Source: Octopus sinensis
Lineage: Eukaryota
Direction of reading: 5' to 3'
Assembly (NCBI RefSeq): GCF_006345805.1
Contig: NC_042997.1
Span: forward strand, 112,530,001-112,594,000
Length of the DNA: 64,000 nucleotides
Within the stretch, counting starts at the first letter, position 1, and the number at the start of each line of letters is the position of its first letter. This document shows positions 38,855-52,488 of this stretch, in pieces. Both the position numbers and the translations under genes were made by a program. The notes beneath the pieces are model-generated. The model was not told the DNA's origin. It made no database searches and was given only the letters and a program-made list of their open reading frames with translations.

Positions 38855-40320
38855 AATTTGACTCAATTTCTCTAAAGGTCAATTTCATGGAGACAGTGAG
38901 CTAATTGTAATGTTATTGTCAGTCCAAATATGCTTGATGCATGTTCGAACTGGAAAACAAGCTGCTCACTGCGTTTTGTCATGGAAAATATATCCTGTTT
39001 GATAACAAATGGTTGTATACAACTAGATCAGCTCATAGCGCCACCTACCCAGAATGTGAGATGCTAGCATTTCGGAGTAGTTATCTCCTCTTGGGTAGGT
39101 GGCACTGCAAGCTGATCTAGGTGTATACACAACATTTGTAAACAAACAGGATAAATTCTCCCAACGTCGCCTTACTGGCACCTGTGCCAGTGGAATGTGT
39201 AAAAGATTCGAGTGTGGCCATTGCCTGTACTGCCTGACTGGCCCATGTGCCGGTGGCACGTAAAAAGCATCCACTACACTCTCGGGGCGGTTGGCATTAG
39301 GAAGGGTATCCAGCTGTAGAAACTCTACCAGATCAAGATTCGAGCCTGGTGCGGCCATCTGGTTCGCCAGCCCTCAGTCAAAGGGCTGATAACAGATTAA
39401 TAATAACATTACAATTTCACTTATCACTGCTTAGCACCCCCCCCTCTGTAAACACTTACATTGGAGCACTATAAACAAATCATTTGCGCAGGGCATTCAG
39501 CAACAACCGAACACTCATGAGTTATCTTTGACAACAGATTCCATCATCATTATCATCGTTTAATGTCCGCTTTCCATGCTAGCATGGATTGGACGATTTT
39601 GACTGAGGGCTGGCGAACCAGACAGCCACACCAGGTTCCAATCTTGATCTGGCAGAATTTCTACAGCTGGATGCCCTGCCTAATGCCAACCACTCTGAGA
39701 GTGTAGTGGGTGCTTTTTACGTGTCATCAGCACGAGGGTCGGTTAGGTGGTACTGGCAACAACCTCGCTCGAATCTTTTTACACATGTCACTGGCACAGG
39801 TGCCAGTAAGGCAATGCTAGTAACGATCACGCTCGAATGGTGCCCTGTTACATGCCACCAGCACAGAAGCCAGTTAGCCGCTCTGGCAACAATCACGCTC
39901 AGATGGTGCTCTTGGCACCCTACTAGCACAGGCACAAGTACCATCATCATATGTAAATATATATACATATTATCATCATCATCATCATTGTTGTTTAACA
40001 TCCGCCTTTCATGCTAGCATGAGTGGGACAGTTTGACAGGAGCCGGTCAGACAGAAGCCTGCACCAGACTTCTGTGACTGTTTTGGAAAGATGCCCTTCC
40101 CAATGCCAACCAATCAGCACAGTGGACTTAGTACTTTTTACATGGCACAAGCACAAGCAAGGTCAGTTTTGGCAAGGTTTTTACAGCTGGATGCCCTTCC
40201 GGATGCCAACCATATATGTATGTATATAAGATGGAGGTGGAAAAAGCACAGAAGTGAATCTAAGACATTTCAAGTTAAGAAGGAATCTAATAAAATGATT
40301 TTTACAATTATATAATGAAA

Positions 40321-40361
40321 ATATTACCGGTTTCAATGATGAATCTCATCTTATCAAATAT
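40321..40361 (-). ncRNA. Hammerhead-like motif, U3:A8 variant
   Basis: atat-TTGATAA-gatga gat tcatc-att-GAAA-ccgg-TA-atat; 3-nt insertion before GAAA. Confidence 0.5.
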
Positions 40362-40989
40362 CATCATCATCATCATTGTTTAACGTCCGTTTTCTGTGCT
40401 AGCATGGGTCGGACGGTTTGACCAGGGTCTGGGAAGCCAGGAGGCTGCACCAGGCTCCAGTCTGATCTGGCAGTGTTTCTACAGCTGGATGCCCTTCCTA
40501 ACGCCAACCACTCCATGAGTGTAGTGGGTGCTTTTTACATGCCACTGGCACAAGTGCCAGGGGAGGCTGGCTAATGGCCACGATCGGTTGGTGCTTTTTA
40601 CGTGTCACCAACACGGATGCCAGTCAGGTGGCGCTGGCATCAGACACATTCAGATGGGGCTTTTTACGTTTAATTAAATAGACAATGTACATTTATATAC
40701 TTATTTCATTTGCCAACATTACAAAGAGGGTAGATATATAGACAGAGAGGTTAATTTTATCATTAAGAACATGGCAGTAGAAGGTCCTTCCCCATGGGCA
40801 GATTTTTTATCACTGAGTTCACTTTGTTATTTAGATTTATCAATGGGGAGGGGGTTTCTTTATTTGGTTTAATATATACATATATATTCCTACAGAACAA
40901 TCTACTAAGGACAACAGACCAAATTTGTTGCTGGAGCAAAGTCCCTGTCAGACTAGAGTGTTAGTGAGAATCGGGATACTGTAAGAGAG

Positions 40990-42240
40990 AAGTATTTGCA
41001 GAGGGACAATGGTGTGGAAAAGTTACTATGTGAGACTGTTGAATGTAGAGAATGAATGGAATAAAGGGAGTCACTTTCATGTGAGCCCAACAGATGGACC
41101 AGCTATCCTAGGGGACAGTAGTATGGTAGATAAAGCAGTTAAAAGTAATGAAACTGGGAAAACCCTTGGTTCATCCAGAATCACAGCTGAGATGCTCAAA
41201 ATATCCAGTAAGGTAGGAGATATGGGCTGGTCACCTGCATAAATAACCAGGTCATTCAAGGTGTAATACCCAGTGACTGGCATAGCAGCATAATTGTTAG
41301 CTGTTACAAGACTAAAAGTGATGTGTTAGACAGAAGCGATTACAGAGGCATTAAACTCTTGGACCAGGTGATGAAAATTACAGAGAGATTTATTGTCCAG
41401 TATATAAGGAGCAGAATTAAGCTACACAAAATGCAGTGCAGCTTTGTCCAGGGAAGAAGCACTAGTGATGCTATTTTCATAGTTAGGCCACTGCAAAAGA
41501 AGTAATTTGCTTAGAATAAGCCATTATACTTGGCATTAACTGGTCTAGAGAAAATGATCCCTGTTGTGATATGGTGGTCTCTGAGGAAGCTAGGGATAGA
41601 TAAGGGGCTGATGAAAGTGTACAGGGCATGTACAAAGATGCTGTCAGTAAGGTGAGAGTTAACCACGAATACAGTGAAGAATTTGGTGTACAGGTAGGGG
41701 TTCATCAAGCTCAGTCCTTAGTCCCATCTTTCTCATCATTGCTTTCCAGGCTGTAACAGAGGAATTCAAGACCAGAAACCCCTGGGAACTACTATATGCT
41801 GATGAACTAGCCCTCATAGCAGATTCCATATCAGAGCTAGAAGAAAAATTTTAGGTGTGGAAAAAAAGCCTAGAATCTAAGGGCCTGAAGCTTAACTTAG
41901 CAAAGACTCATCATCATCATTGTTCGACCGTGGTCGAGACAATGGAATTTACTATATTACACCAAACTTCACAGTCCATCATAGCATTACGGAGGTCCTG
42001 TTGCTGGATGCCTGTATCCCTGGAGATTACATCAGGGTAGGAGAGTGTGCACCCTCTGGTATCGTGAGCAGATGGCTTCCGGAGGAGAAGAGTAGAAATT
42101 ACCTCATTTTCAGCTCTACAACAATGTTCAGCAAACTGGACTCTTCTACCCCACTCAGGTAGGTGGACCTGTTCAATATATAGGAAAGGTGTAGGCAGGA
42201 ACTCCATACAGGGTACCCAGTGCAAGTTATGGACACACAA
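40990..42240 (+). mobile_element. Decayed RTE LINE reverse transcriptase region
   Basis: WKSYYVRLLNVENEW, DYRGIKLLDQVMKITER, GRSTSDAIFIVR, PWELLYADEL. Confidence 0.85.
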
Positions 42241-42637
42241 GAAGTTCCACATAAAAGCATTCGGCACATTCTGTAAAGTGGTTGGCATTAGAAAGGGTAT
42301 CGAGCTGTAGAAACCATGTCAAATCAGACCAGGGTCTGATGCAGCCCTGCCCTCCCCCCAGGCTTGCCAGTTCTGATAACACTGTCCAACCCATTCCAGC
42401 ATGGGTAACGGACATTAAATGATGATGATGATATATATATACACACACACACAACAGGCTTCATACAATTTCTATCTACCCAATTCACTCTCAAAGCATT
42501 TGTTGACTCAAGGCTGTAGTAGAAAACACTTGCCCAAGATGCCACATGGTGGAACTCAACCAAGAGCCACATGGGTGCAAATCAAACTTCTTAAACACCA
42601 CAGCTAGGCCTGAAGAACTATTAAACAATATACTAAC

Positions 42638-42821
42638 CTTCTTGTTCTTTTAATTCTTTTTTCCTGTTTTGGTAAGTATGGAAATCAAGTCTGAGGCTGA
42701 TATGAAAAATGTACCGTCTGTTATTAAAGGCTTTAAGGATGACCTGTTCAAGCAACTGGAAGCTGGGACTGAACACACTTTCAAGACTATCAATGACAAC
42801 ACCTTTGTGACAGTCAGGCAT
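42638..42821 (-). CDS. HYDIN: HYDIN exon, 184 bp, phase 0-1
   Basis: MPDCHKGVVIDSLESVFSPSFQLLEQVILKAFNNRRYIFHISL resembles HYDIN DC..GVV.DGL; tttcag acceptor, GTTAG donor. Confidence 0.9.
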
Positions 42822-43304
42822 CTGAAAGAAATTGCAATTATAAAACAAATATTAAAGGGCTTTTAGCTTCTCTGCTTTCTTTACATCCACCACTTTACAT
42901 CCAAACAACAACAACTGCAGCAGCAACAGCAAGTGGAGGCGCAATGGCCCAGTGGTTAGGGCAGTGGACTCGCGGTTTCGATTCCCAGACCGGGCGTTGT
43001 GTGTGTTTATTGAGCAAAAACACCTAAAGCTCCATGAGGCTTCGGCAGGGGATGGTGGCAACCCCTGTTGTACTCTTTCACTCCAACTTTCTCTCACTCT
43101 TTCTTCCTGTTTCTTGTCCCCAACTTCCTACGCAACCGCTGAGCCTAGATGCACATTCATCCATCCGTTGATACTCTCGGTGTCGAGGGTTGACCTGCTT
43201 TCTCTTCTGCGGGTCTTACGAATAGCAAAGGACCATGTTTCGGATTTCTCCCATCTTGCAAGCTCTGAGACGAAGACCGTTCGCTCAACAGCAACAGCAA
43301 CAAC

Positions 43305-43645
43305 AACGCTTTCTAATTGATGTATCAATACCAACAGATGACAATGTTTTTCTAAAACGAATGGAGAAACTTCCAAAATACAAAGATCTGGAAATAGAGG
43401 TAACTCGAATGTGGAGACTAAAAATAGAAACAATTCCTATCATAGTAGGATAAAAAAAAATATTCAACAAAAACACCAGGGCTAAGAAGTATAAATAACC
43501 ATCAGAAAATAACACTACTAGGCACTGCACACATGCTTATGGTTACTTTCACTACAATAACCATAAGAGCATCACAACAAACTACAGTACATACCCAAGG
43601 CACACAGAGCTGCGCTCGGTAGTGCAGTGAAAGCAAGTGATAAAA
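43305..43645 (+). mobile_element. 3' end of an R4/Dong-type LINE (REL endonuclease)
   Basis: FLIDVSIPTDDNVFLKRMEKLPKYKDLEIEVTRMWRLKIETIPIIVG. Confidence 0.85.
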
Positions 43646-43687
43646 GTAAGACTACTGTATGATGGTGATGATGATGAGGAGGATTCA

Positions 43688-44915
43688 GGACCAGGCGGGG
43701 TCCAAGGTTATTGGATGACGAAATTGACAGGTATCCATGAAAGGATAGTGAAACAGCCAGATGAGTGCTTGCAGGAAGGTGCAGCACCCAGCTGGACGAA
43801 AATGGGAAAGACATTGTTATGTGCCACGGATCCTGAAAAGGGAAATGTTGCATCCAACTTCCAACCAATAATATGTCTTCCGCTAATGTGGGAACTAATG
43901 TCAGGTGCTTTGGCCGGTGAACTGTACAGATACTTAGAAAAAAGTGGGCTGCTACTTACTGAACAGAAAAGGGTGCTGAAAGAAGAGTCGGGGAATGAAG
44001 GATCAGCTCTTAGCCAATAATCTAATAATGAGAAACTGCAAGAGAAGACACACAAACCTGAGCATGGCATGAGTTGACTATCGAAAAGCAGAGGATATGA
44101 TAGCACACTTCTGGATAATATGAACAGTGGAAATGTATGGAGTAGTAGAAAATATGGGAAGCCTTATAAAGAACAGTATGAAATGGTGGAGAATGGAATT
44201 GACAGCAGGGAATCAAGTATTAGGTGAGGTGAAGATCAAGAGAGGAATCTTCCAGGCGAACAGTGTGTCCCCACTGATCTTTGTGCTGGGAATGATCCCC
44301 TTGAGTGAAATACTACAGAAAACAAAGTTGGGGTATGATCTGGGAAGAGGTAAGGGAAAACTGGACCACTTGTTATTCATGGATGACCTGAAGCTATTCA
44401 CAAAAATGAGGCAGAACTGGACAGCCTAATCCAGTCAGTGTGGATTTTCTCCAATGATATTAATATGGAGTTTGGGCTCTCAAAATGTGCTACCATGGTG
44501 ATGAGATGAGGAAAGCTTGTCAGGACAGAAGGTATAGGGTTGCCAAGTGGTGAGATGACAAAGGCAATTCAACCTCAATCCAGTGATAAATACTTGGGAA
44601 TATTTGGGGGAGAAAGAATCAAATACAATGACATGACGGAAAAGACAAAAAGGGAGCACCTGTGACAAGTAAGAGAAATATTGGCTTCAAAACCGAATGC
44701 CAGAAACATAATTTCAGCAATCAACTTGTGCGCAGTCACAGTAGTGTAGTATGGCGCCGGAATCTTCAAGTGGACAGAGAAAAAGCTAAAAGAGATTGAC
44801 AGGAGGTCAAGAGAGCCCCTAACAATGTATGGAGCCCATCATCCACTTGCAGACACTGACTGCCTATACATGAAGAGAGCAAATGGAGGGAGACAGATAA
44901 GTGTGGAAGACTACA
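43688..44915 (+). mobile_element. Decayed R4/Dong-type LINE reverse transcriptase
   Basis: GPGGVQGYWM, NFQPIICLPLMWELMSG, RGIFQANSVSPLIFV, HLLFMDDLKLF. Confidence 0.85.
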
Positions 44916-47217
44916 CTAACCCTAACCCAACCTAGCACCATCGAGGCACTTGAGTGAGGCACTGAGCCTGATCGGGTGACGGCAGGGCAAAAAAATTAAG
45001 AGACTTAGTGCCTCGTATTGTGTATCAATATTAAAGCAAGAGGTTTAATGACTCAGTCTGTTGTTTCGTTTTGTGTTTTGAGTTTATTGTTTGTAAGAGG
45101 CTCAGAGCCTCAATTTATAATGAATTATGGAACTAAAGTAAGAGGTTTAATACCTTGAATTGTTTATACTACATAAAAAAAAAAGAATGTTTTAGCGAAG
45201 CAAAAAATCAGCAGGCGTTTTTTGTCTTCTCCCATCAATATCATCCTTCTTCATCATTCATCTCATCAATGTTTTCGTCCAGCCCGCAAGCTACTCCCTC
45301 TGTGTTATGCCTTTATGGTAAAATTTTGAAATAAAGTGTGGAAGACTACATACATATTGAACTTGAGAGGTAAAGGAGATACAGCTGGATGCCCTTCCTA
45401 ATGCCAACAACTCCAATAGTGTAGTGGGTGCTTTTTACGTGCCACCAGCACAGGTGTCGTTGACCCCACACTGACATCAGTCATAACTATGGTCTTACTT
45501 GGCTTGACAAGTCTACACAAGCACGGTGTATCACCAAGGGTCTTGGTCACCTGTCATTGCCTCCATGAGGCTCAACACATGAACGGTACTTTATACGTGC
45601 CAGTCAGATGGCACTGGCATTGGCTACAACTACAACTACAACTGGTTCAATATTAGGCAAGTTCACACACACACACTGCCTACCTTTTTCTCTCTCACTT
45701 CTGTGTATCTATCTATACACACACACTTTCCTCCTCATTCTCCATAGTTCTTTCTCTGTGTGTGTGTGTGTGTGAGTGCTTGTGTATGTATGTATAGCAT
45801 TCTTTAATCATTCTGTGCTCTCAAGCCTAGTCTGTGCACCCATCCAGAACGTCACATAATAAATCTTTTTGCTTCTCTCTTTTACTCCCCACCTACCCCC
45901 GACTCTCAAAACAATGTAAAGCATGAATGGAGAAATCAACCAATCAACCAGCTAATATTATTATTATCATTATAATATAAGGCAGTGAACTGACAGAATC
46001 ATTAGATACTGGACGAAATGCTTAGCACTATTTCGCTCGTCACTACATTCTGAGTTCAAATTCCGTTGAGGTTGACTTTGCCTGTCATCCCTTCAGGGTC
46101 GATAAGATAAGTACCAGTAGAACACTGGGAGCAATGATATCGACTCATCCCCTCACCCAAAATAGCTGCCCTTGTGGCAAAATTTGAAACCATCGTTATT
46201 ATTATTATTATTATTACTACCCGGGAAAGACCCGGGATGCTTCCGGCTCCAGTTCCGCATAGCCCCTGCCCATTCAAAGTACCTCGGATCCCGGAACATC
46301 TCGCTGTGCTTGAGGAGACCTGTTGAGTCAAGTGCATGTACACGAACATCGAAACAAATATCAATGGAAATAGTAGTTGTGATACCTGTATCGGTGGCAC
46401 ATAAAAAGCACCATCCAAACGTGGCCGTTGCCAGCGCCGCCTCGACTGGCTTCTGTGCCGGTGGCACGTTAAAAGCACCAACAGATTGTGGCCAATGCCA
46501 GACCCCCCTGGCACCTGTGCAGGTGGCATGTAAAAAGCACCCACTACCCTCGCGGAGTGGTTGGCGTTAGGAAGGGCATCCAGCTGTAGAAACACTGCCA
46601 GATCAGACTGAAGCCTGGTGCAGCCCTGGCTTCCCAGACCCCGGTCGAACCGTCCAACCCATGCTAGCGCAGAAAACAGACGTTAAACGATGATGATGAT
46701 GAAGATGATTACTATTATTACAATCATTACATTGAGCCTTTTGGTCGTCTTCATATTCTAAGTTCAAATACTGCTGAAGTCGACTTTGCCTTTCACCCTT
46801 TCAGGGTCAGTAAAATAAGTGCCAGTTGAGCGCTGGGGGTTGATGTAATTGACTTAACTCCTCCCCCTGAAATTGCTGGCCTTGTGCCAAAATTTAAAAT
46901 CATTATTATCATTATTATTGTTAAGGCAGCGAGGTGGTAGAGTTGTCAGCACACGGGGCAAAATACTTAACAGGATTTTGTCTGTCTTTACGTTCTGAGT
47001 TCAAATTCCACCAAAGTCGGCTTTGCCTTTCATCCTCTCACGATCGATAATTAAGTACCAGTGAAACACTGGGGTGGGGGTGGGGGTGATGTAACTGACT
47101 AGTCCCCTCCCGCAAAATTTCAGACCTTGTTTCTTTTAGTAGAAAGGATTATTATTTTTATTATTAATAGTAACATTGGAAAAAATTTAGACAGGATATA
47201 AAACATGAATAGTTTAC

Positions 47218-47358
47218 CTGCAGACGGTCAGCTAAAATTTCAACAAGAACATCTTCAGGTAAGATACAACTTACAAGTCCAGCTTCCCCAGCAATTCCAG
47301 ATTTAATGTTTAATTCTTTAACAGGGGGGTACACGAGTGGCGGAGGGCTGACTGATTG
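47218..47358 (-). CDS. HYDIN: HYDIN exon, 141 bp, phase 0-0
   Basis: QSVSPPPLVYPPVKELNIKSGIAGEAGLVSCILPEDVLVEILADRLQ resembles HYDIN GE.GL.SC.LP..LL..IL.ER.Q; ttcgcag acceptor, GTAAA donor. Not in the ORF track. Confidence 0.9.
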
Positions 47359-47954
47359 CTGCGAAATATGGAAATATCAAAAGAGGATTATAATCAGACT
47401 TAATTAAAAAGATGCAGTTTAACATTTACAAGGGATGAACTATAATTTTATAGCCTAAATACCAGAAAGAAAAGGCGGATGGATAACAAATGGTAAAAAT
47501 GTTGGAGGATGTTCCTTTATATTCTAATTTCAAGTCCAGCCTATGTCCACTGTGTTTCCATCCTTTCAAGGTCAATGAAATAAGTGCTAAGGTAAATGTA
47601 ATCAGTTTTACCTCATATAGGCGTAGGAGTGGCTGTGTGGTAAGTAGCTTGCTTACCAACCACATGGTTCCGGGTTCAGTCCCACTGCGTGGCACCTTGG
47701 GCAAGTGTCTTCTACTATAGCCTCGGGCCGACCAAAGCCTTGTGAGTGGATTTGGTAAGACGGAAACTGAAAGAAGCCAGTCGTGTATGTATATACATAT
47801 ATATATATATATATACATGTGTGTATATGTTTCTGTATCTGTGTTTGTCCCCACAACATCGCTTGACAACCGATGCTGGTGTATTTACGTCCCCGTAACT
47901 TAGCGGTTTGGCAAAAGGGCCCAATAGAATAAGTACTAAACTTACAGAGAATAA

Positions 47955-49781
47955 ATAATAAATAATAATAATAATAATGAAATTATTGTATACAGTACTC
48001 AGGTGCACCACAACTTGTCAAAAAGTGCATATAAAGTATATGCAGTAATGTACAAATGTCTGGAAAATAAACAGTGTATGAGTCAGATACATGCTTGCAT
48101 GTGTATGGAGGGGAGAAAATCAGGTGTAGTGTTGGCGAATCTCAGGAAGCATGGAAGTTTTGAAGGATGCAGTGCTCCAACAACTAACAACTGATGCCAG
48201 CAGTCTGTTCCATGCTTCAGCAACTCTTAGCGTGAAAAAATGTTTCCGAAAGTCATGGGAGCTGTGCTGTTTTCTGACTTTGTAAATATGTCCACGGGTG
48301 TTAGACAGGTGGAGTTTGAAAAGGTGCTCAGAGTTATTGTTTGTAAGATGGTTAACAATTTTATGGGTGTCTGCTGCCAGACGTCGGAGTTTCAATGTAT
48401 CCATGCCCAGGGAAGTAAGGCGTTCAGAATATGGCAAATGCCTGATGGAGGGTATTCTCTTGGTTGCACGTCGCTGAACGGCTTCAAGACGATTAATATC
48501 CTGGGCAAGATAGGGGTTCCAGACCGGTGATGCAAATTCCAGGTAAGGTCTTATCATAGCTATATAAAGCCACAGATAGATAGCTGGAGAGCGGCTCACA
48601 AAGGACTTGGTGAGTGATGCCAAGACATCAGCCTTCTTGGCAATTTTAGCAATGTGTTTTGTCCAACGCAAATTGCTGTCGACAATAACACCCAGGTCAT
48701 GTTCACACAAAGACTTTTTGAGAATAGTGTTGTGGAGGGAGTAAGCAGACACTGGGTTTTTCCTCCCAAAATGTATGGTGGTACATTTGTCCACAGCCAG
48801 CTTGAGTTGCCAGTCCATGATCCACTGCTGCATTGTGTCCAGGTCTGATTGCAATAGAGATCAATAGTGTACAGGATCTGACCTCTTTATTTCGAGGTAC
48901 AGCTTGATGTCATCTGCATATTTCAGCACTGTAGCATTCTTTAAGTTGGCATCTATGTCATTAACATATGCAACAAATAAAAGGGGGCCAAGAACAGATT
49001 CCTGTGGTACATCAGATGTCATCTCATAGGGTGAAGAGTGCTGTCCTAGAACTGTGACAACCTATTTTAAGCCGAAAATAAAGGACTTCAACCAGTTATA
49101 GAGATCGTCTCTTACGCCCAATGCAGAGAGTTTCCCCATAAGTCTTTTGTGTGGCACAGAGTTAAAAGCCTTAGCAAAGTCCAGGTAAACAACATCCACC
49201 CATGATCCGCGATCAGTGATTTGGGTAATGTCCTCAAGAAACTCGATGAGTTGATTACAGCAGCTGGAGTAAGGAATAAAATTGTGACGGTTGGATGAGG
49301 CTGTGAGACTTCCAGAAGTTCCAGAGGGTTTCCCTGACACAGGATTCCATCAGCTTGGCGATGCAGCTAGTAAGACTAATGGGGCTATAGTTGACAGGCA
49401 ATGTGCGGTCGCCTTTTTTGAACAGAGGGATAACACTGGCAGTTTTCCACTGCTCTGGAGTAACACCATTGTCAAGACAGAATTGGAAGAATAGAGAAAG
49501 TTGACTTAGAAGAAAGTACCCACCGCATTTGAGAAGTAAGTATGTAACACCATCGAGACCAGGAGAGGCATAGTTGTGTTTATTCTTAAGGTGACGTTGT
49601 AGCATTGCTGGTGTAAATTTCATAGTAGATATAGAGTCCGGTGTCAGAGGTGATGAAGATGGAACATTTTGGTCTTCAACAGTAAAGATGCTTGCATAGC
49701 ATCCAGTAATGATTTCTGTACAATCTTTGGGATTGCCAGTAATCTGCCCAGTGTGGGGATTGCGAAGGGGACCAACTGGAG
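47955..49781 (-). mobile_element. 5'-truncated CR1/L2-group LINE inserted into a SINE
   Basis: PVNYSPISLTS, VDVVYLDFAKAFNSVPH, YADD (tatgcagatgac), DLGVIVD, FFTLRVAEAWN; short-repeat tail; the SINE segment agtacta..cttaca.agaataa is duplicated on both sides. Confidence 0.9.
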
Positions 49782-50299
49782 AGTACTAGGCTTACAAAGA
49801 ATAAGCCCTGGGGGCGATTTGCTTGACTAAAAGGTGGTGCTCCAGCATGGCCACAGTCAAATGACTGAAACAAGTAAAAGAGTAAAAGAGTAAAGAGTAT
49901 ATGGCAATGCTAACCATGTAATTAAGGTTTTGGTTCTGTCCCATTGTGTGACACCTTGGGCAATGACCTCCATCATAACCCTGGGCCAACCAAAGTTGTG
50001 TGAATGGATTTGTTAGATTAGATGGAAACTGAGAGAAGCCCATCACTTATATTTGTATGCATATGTTTTTGTTGTTTGTGCCCCCCCTCCCCATCACCAC
50101 TTGAGAACTGGCATCGGTGTGTTCATGTCCCCATAACTTAACACTTCAACAAAAGAAACCAACAGAATAGACATGAGGCTTATTCTGAAAGCACTTGTGG
50201 GCAATTTGGTTTGACTGAACCCTCCAGCATGGTGCCCCTCCCCCAACATGGCCGCAGTCCAATGACAGAAACAAGTCAAAGACAAAAACCTTTACAAAC

Positions 50300-50394
50300 C
50301 TGCTGAGCCGTATCACCACCTCTGTTGCTGGTCATGTTCGCACCTATGAGTCCTTTGTTCATATTGCTGGCCTTTCTGGGATAAGCACCACCAG
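50300..50394 (-). CDS. HYDIN: HYDIN exon, 95 bp, phase 1-0
   Basis: ctttgtag acceptor, CAG/GTTTG donor; open frame TGGAYPRKASNMNKGLIGANMTSNRGGDTAQQ; supplies the phase 1-to-0 change needed between its neighbours. Confidence 0.75.
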
Positions 50395-51309
50395 CTACAA
50401 AGAGGAGAAGTAAAAGGAAATAAAATCATGATTAACCCTTTTATTACCATGTTTCAATTAATTTAGAAACTCATAACGAATTTAGTAAAATAACTCAGTT
50501 ATTACCAAGTTGGAATTTGGAACAGATTAACATGAAATTTTGATGGACAATTTCAATTTAGATCTCTTTAGCCTTTTTATTACCATATTTCTGATCGTGG
50601 CCGTTCGCCAGCCTCATCTGGCACCTGTGTCGGTGGCACATAAAAACACCATCCGAAGACCCGGCAAGACTAGTCAGGCCATAACCCATGGCCCCTACCT
50701 GGGACGTAGTTAGTCCACCTGTGCATACCTTCCTTCTTGTGACACTTGTGAAGACCTGTTGAGGCAAGTGAAAATCAAATCAAAACAAATCAAAATAGAT
50801 GAACATCAATGGAATTTGTATCTTTGTGGTACCAGTGCCGGTGGCACGTGGCACACAAGAAAACCATCCGAACGTGGCCGTAGCCAGTACCGCATCGACT
50901 GGCCTCCGTGCTGTGGGCACGTAACAAACACCATCCGATCGTGGCCGTTTGCCAGCCTCATCTGGCACATAAAAACACCATCCGAGCGTGGCCGTCTGCC
51001 AGCCTCGTCTGGCACCTGTGTCGGTGGCACATAAAAAACACCATCCGAGTGTCAGTGGCACATAAAATCACCCACTACACTCTCGGAGTGGTTGGCGTTA
51101 GGAAGGGCATCCAGCTGTAGAAACACTGCCAGATCTGACTGGACTGGTGCAGCTTTCGGGCTCCCCAGACCCCAGTTGAACCGTCCAACCCATGCTAGCA
51201 TGGAAAGCGGACGTTAAATGATGATGATGATTTCTGTTGAAATGATCTGCCTTTGTTTCAGTTAATCTTGGAAATTAACAAGAATTCAGTAAAATAACTT
51301 ATTGCATAC

Positions 51310-51690
51310 ATACAGCTATACAACTATGCTTCATGGCAGTGAAACATGGGCCATGACTACAGAGGATGTGAGAAAGCTTGAAGGAAATGAAGCCAGCATG
51401 CTCTGTTGGATGGGTAACGTCAGTGTGCACATATGACAGAGTGTCAATGGTTTAAGAGATATTACATGTTGTGTGCAAGAGAGAAGACTGCACTGGTGTG
51501 GTCATATGATGCGCATGGCTGAGGACAGCTGCATAAAAGTGCTGATCTCTAATTGTGGAGGGAACGTGTGGAAGAAGTAGACCCAGGAAGACATGGGATG
51601 AGGTGGTGAGAATGGATCTCCAGACACTGGGCCTCACTGAGGAGATTAGAGACCAAGGCTTACGGCGATTTGCTGTACTTCAGAAGACAT
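51310..51690 (+). mobile_element. RTE LINE ORF C-terminal fragment
   Basis: MLHGSETWAMT, RRLHWCGHMMRM, GRSRPRKTWDEVV. Confidence 0.8.
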
Positions 51691-52488
51691 ACATTGAGCT
51701 AAGTAAAACTATGACCTTTATAGAAACAGGGAAGTCCTTAACAGCCCAAGCTGGTGCAATGTAAAAACCATGTGTGCTAGCACCACATACAATAGCACTT
51801 GTTCTAGCACCACCACATCATCATCATCATTGTTTAACGTTCGCTTTCCATGCTGACATGGGTTAGACAGTTCGACTGGGGTCTGGGAAGCCAAGAGGCT
51901 GCACCAAGCCCCAATCTGATCTGGCAGTGTTTCTACAGCTGGATGCCCGTCTTAATGCCAACCACTCTGAGAGTATAGTGGGTGCTTTTTACATGCCACC
52001 GGCACAAGTGCCAGAGGAGCTGGCAGTGACCACAATTGGATGGAGCTTTTTACGTGCCACTCGCACGGAAGCCGGTCAAAGTGGCACTGGCATCGGCTAT
52101 GTTCAGTTGGTGCTTTTTACATGCCAATGGCGCAGGGCACAACTACAATTTCCATTTGATTTGATTTTGATATTGCTGATGTTGATGTACTTGACTCAAT
52201 AGGTCTCCTCAAGCATAGCATGTTGCCCTACAATCCAAGGTACTTTTGAGTGGGCTGGTTATGCGACATTGGTGTAGGTTACAGCTAGCAATTATGCTGG
52301 TGCCATGTAGAAAGCACCCAGCACACTCTGTATAGCGGTTAGCATTAGCATGAGCATCCAGCTGTAGCAACCATGCCGAAACAAACAAATGGAGCTGGGA
52401 GTTGCTTTTCAGCTTGCCAGCTCCCTGTCAAACCATCCAACCCATGCCAGCATGGAAAACAGACATTGAATGATGTCTTGAACATTAA

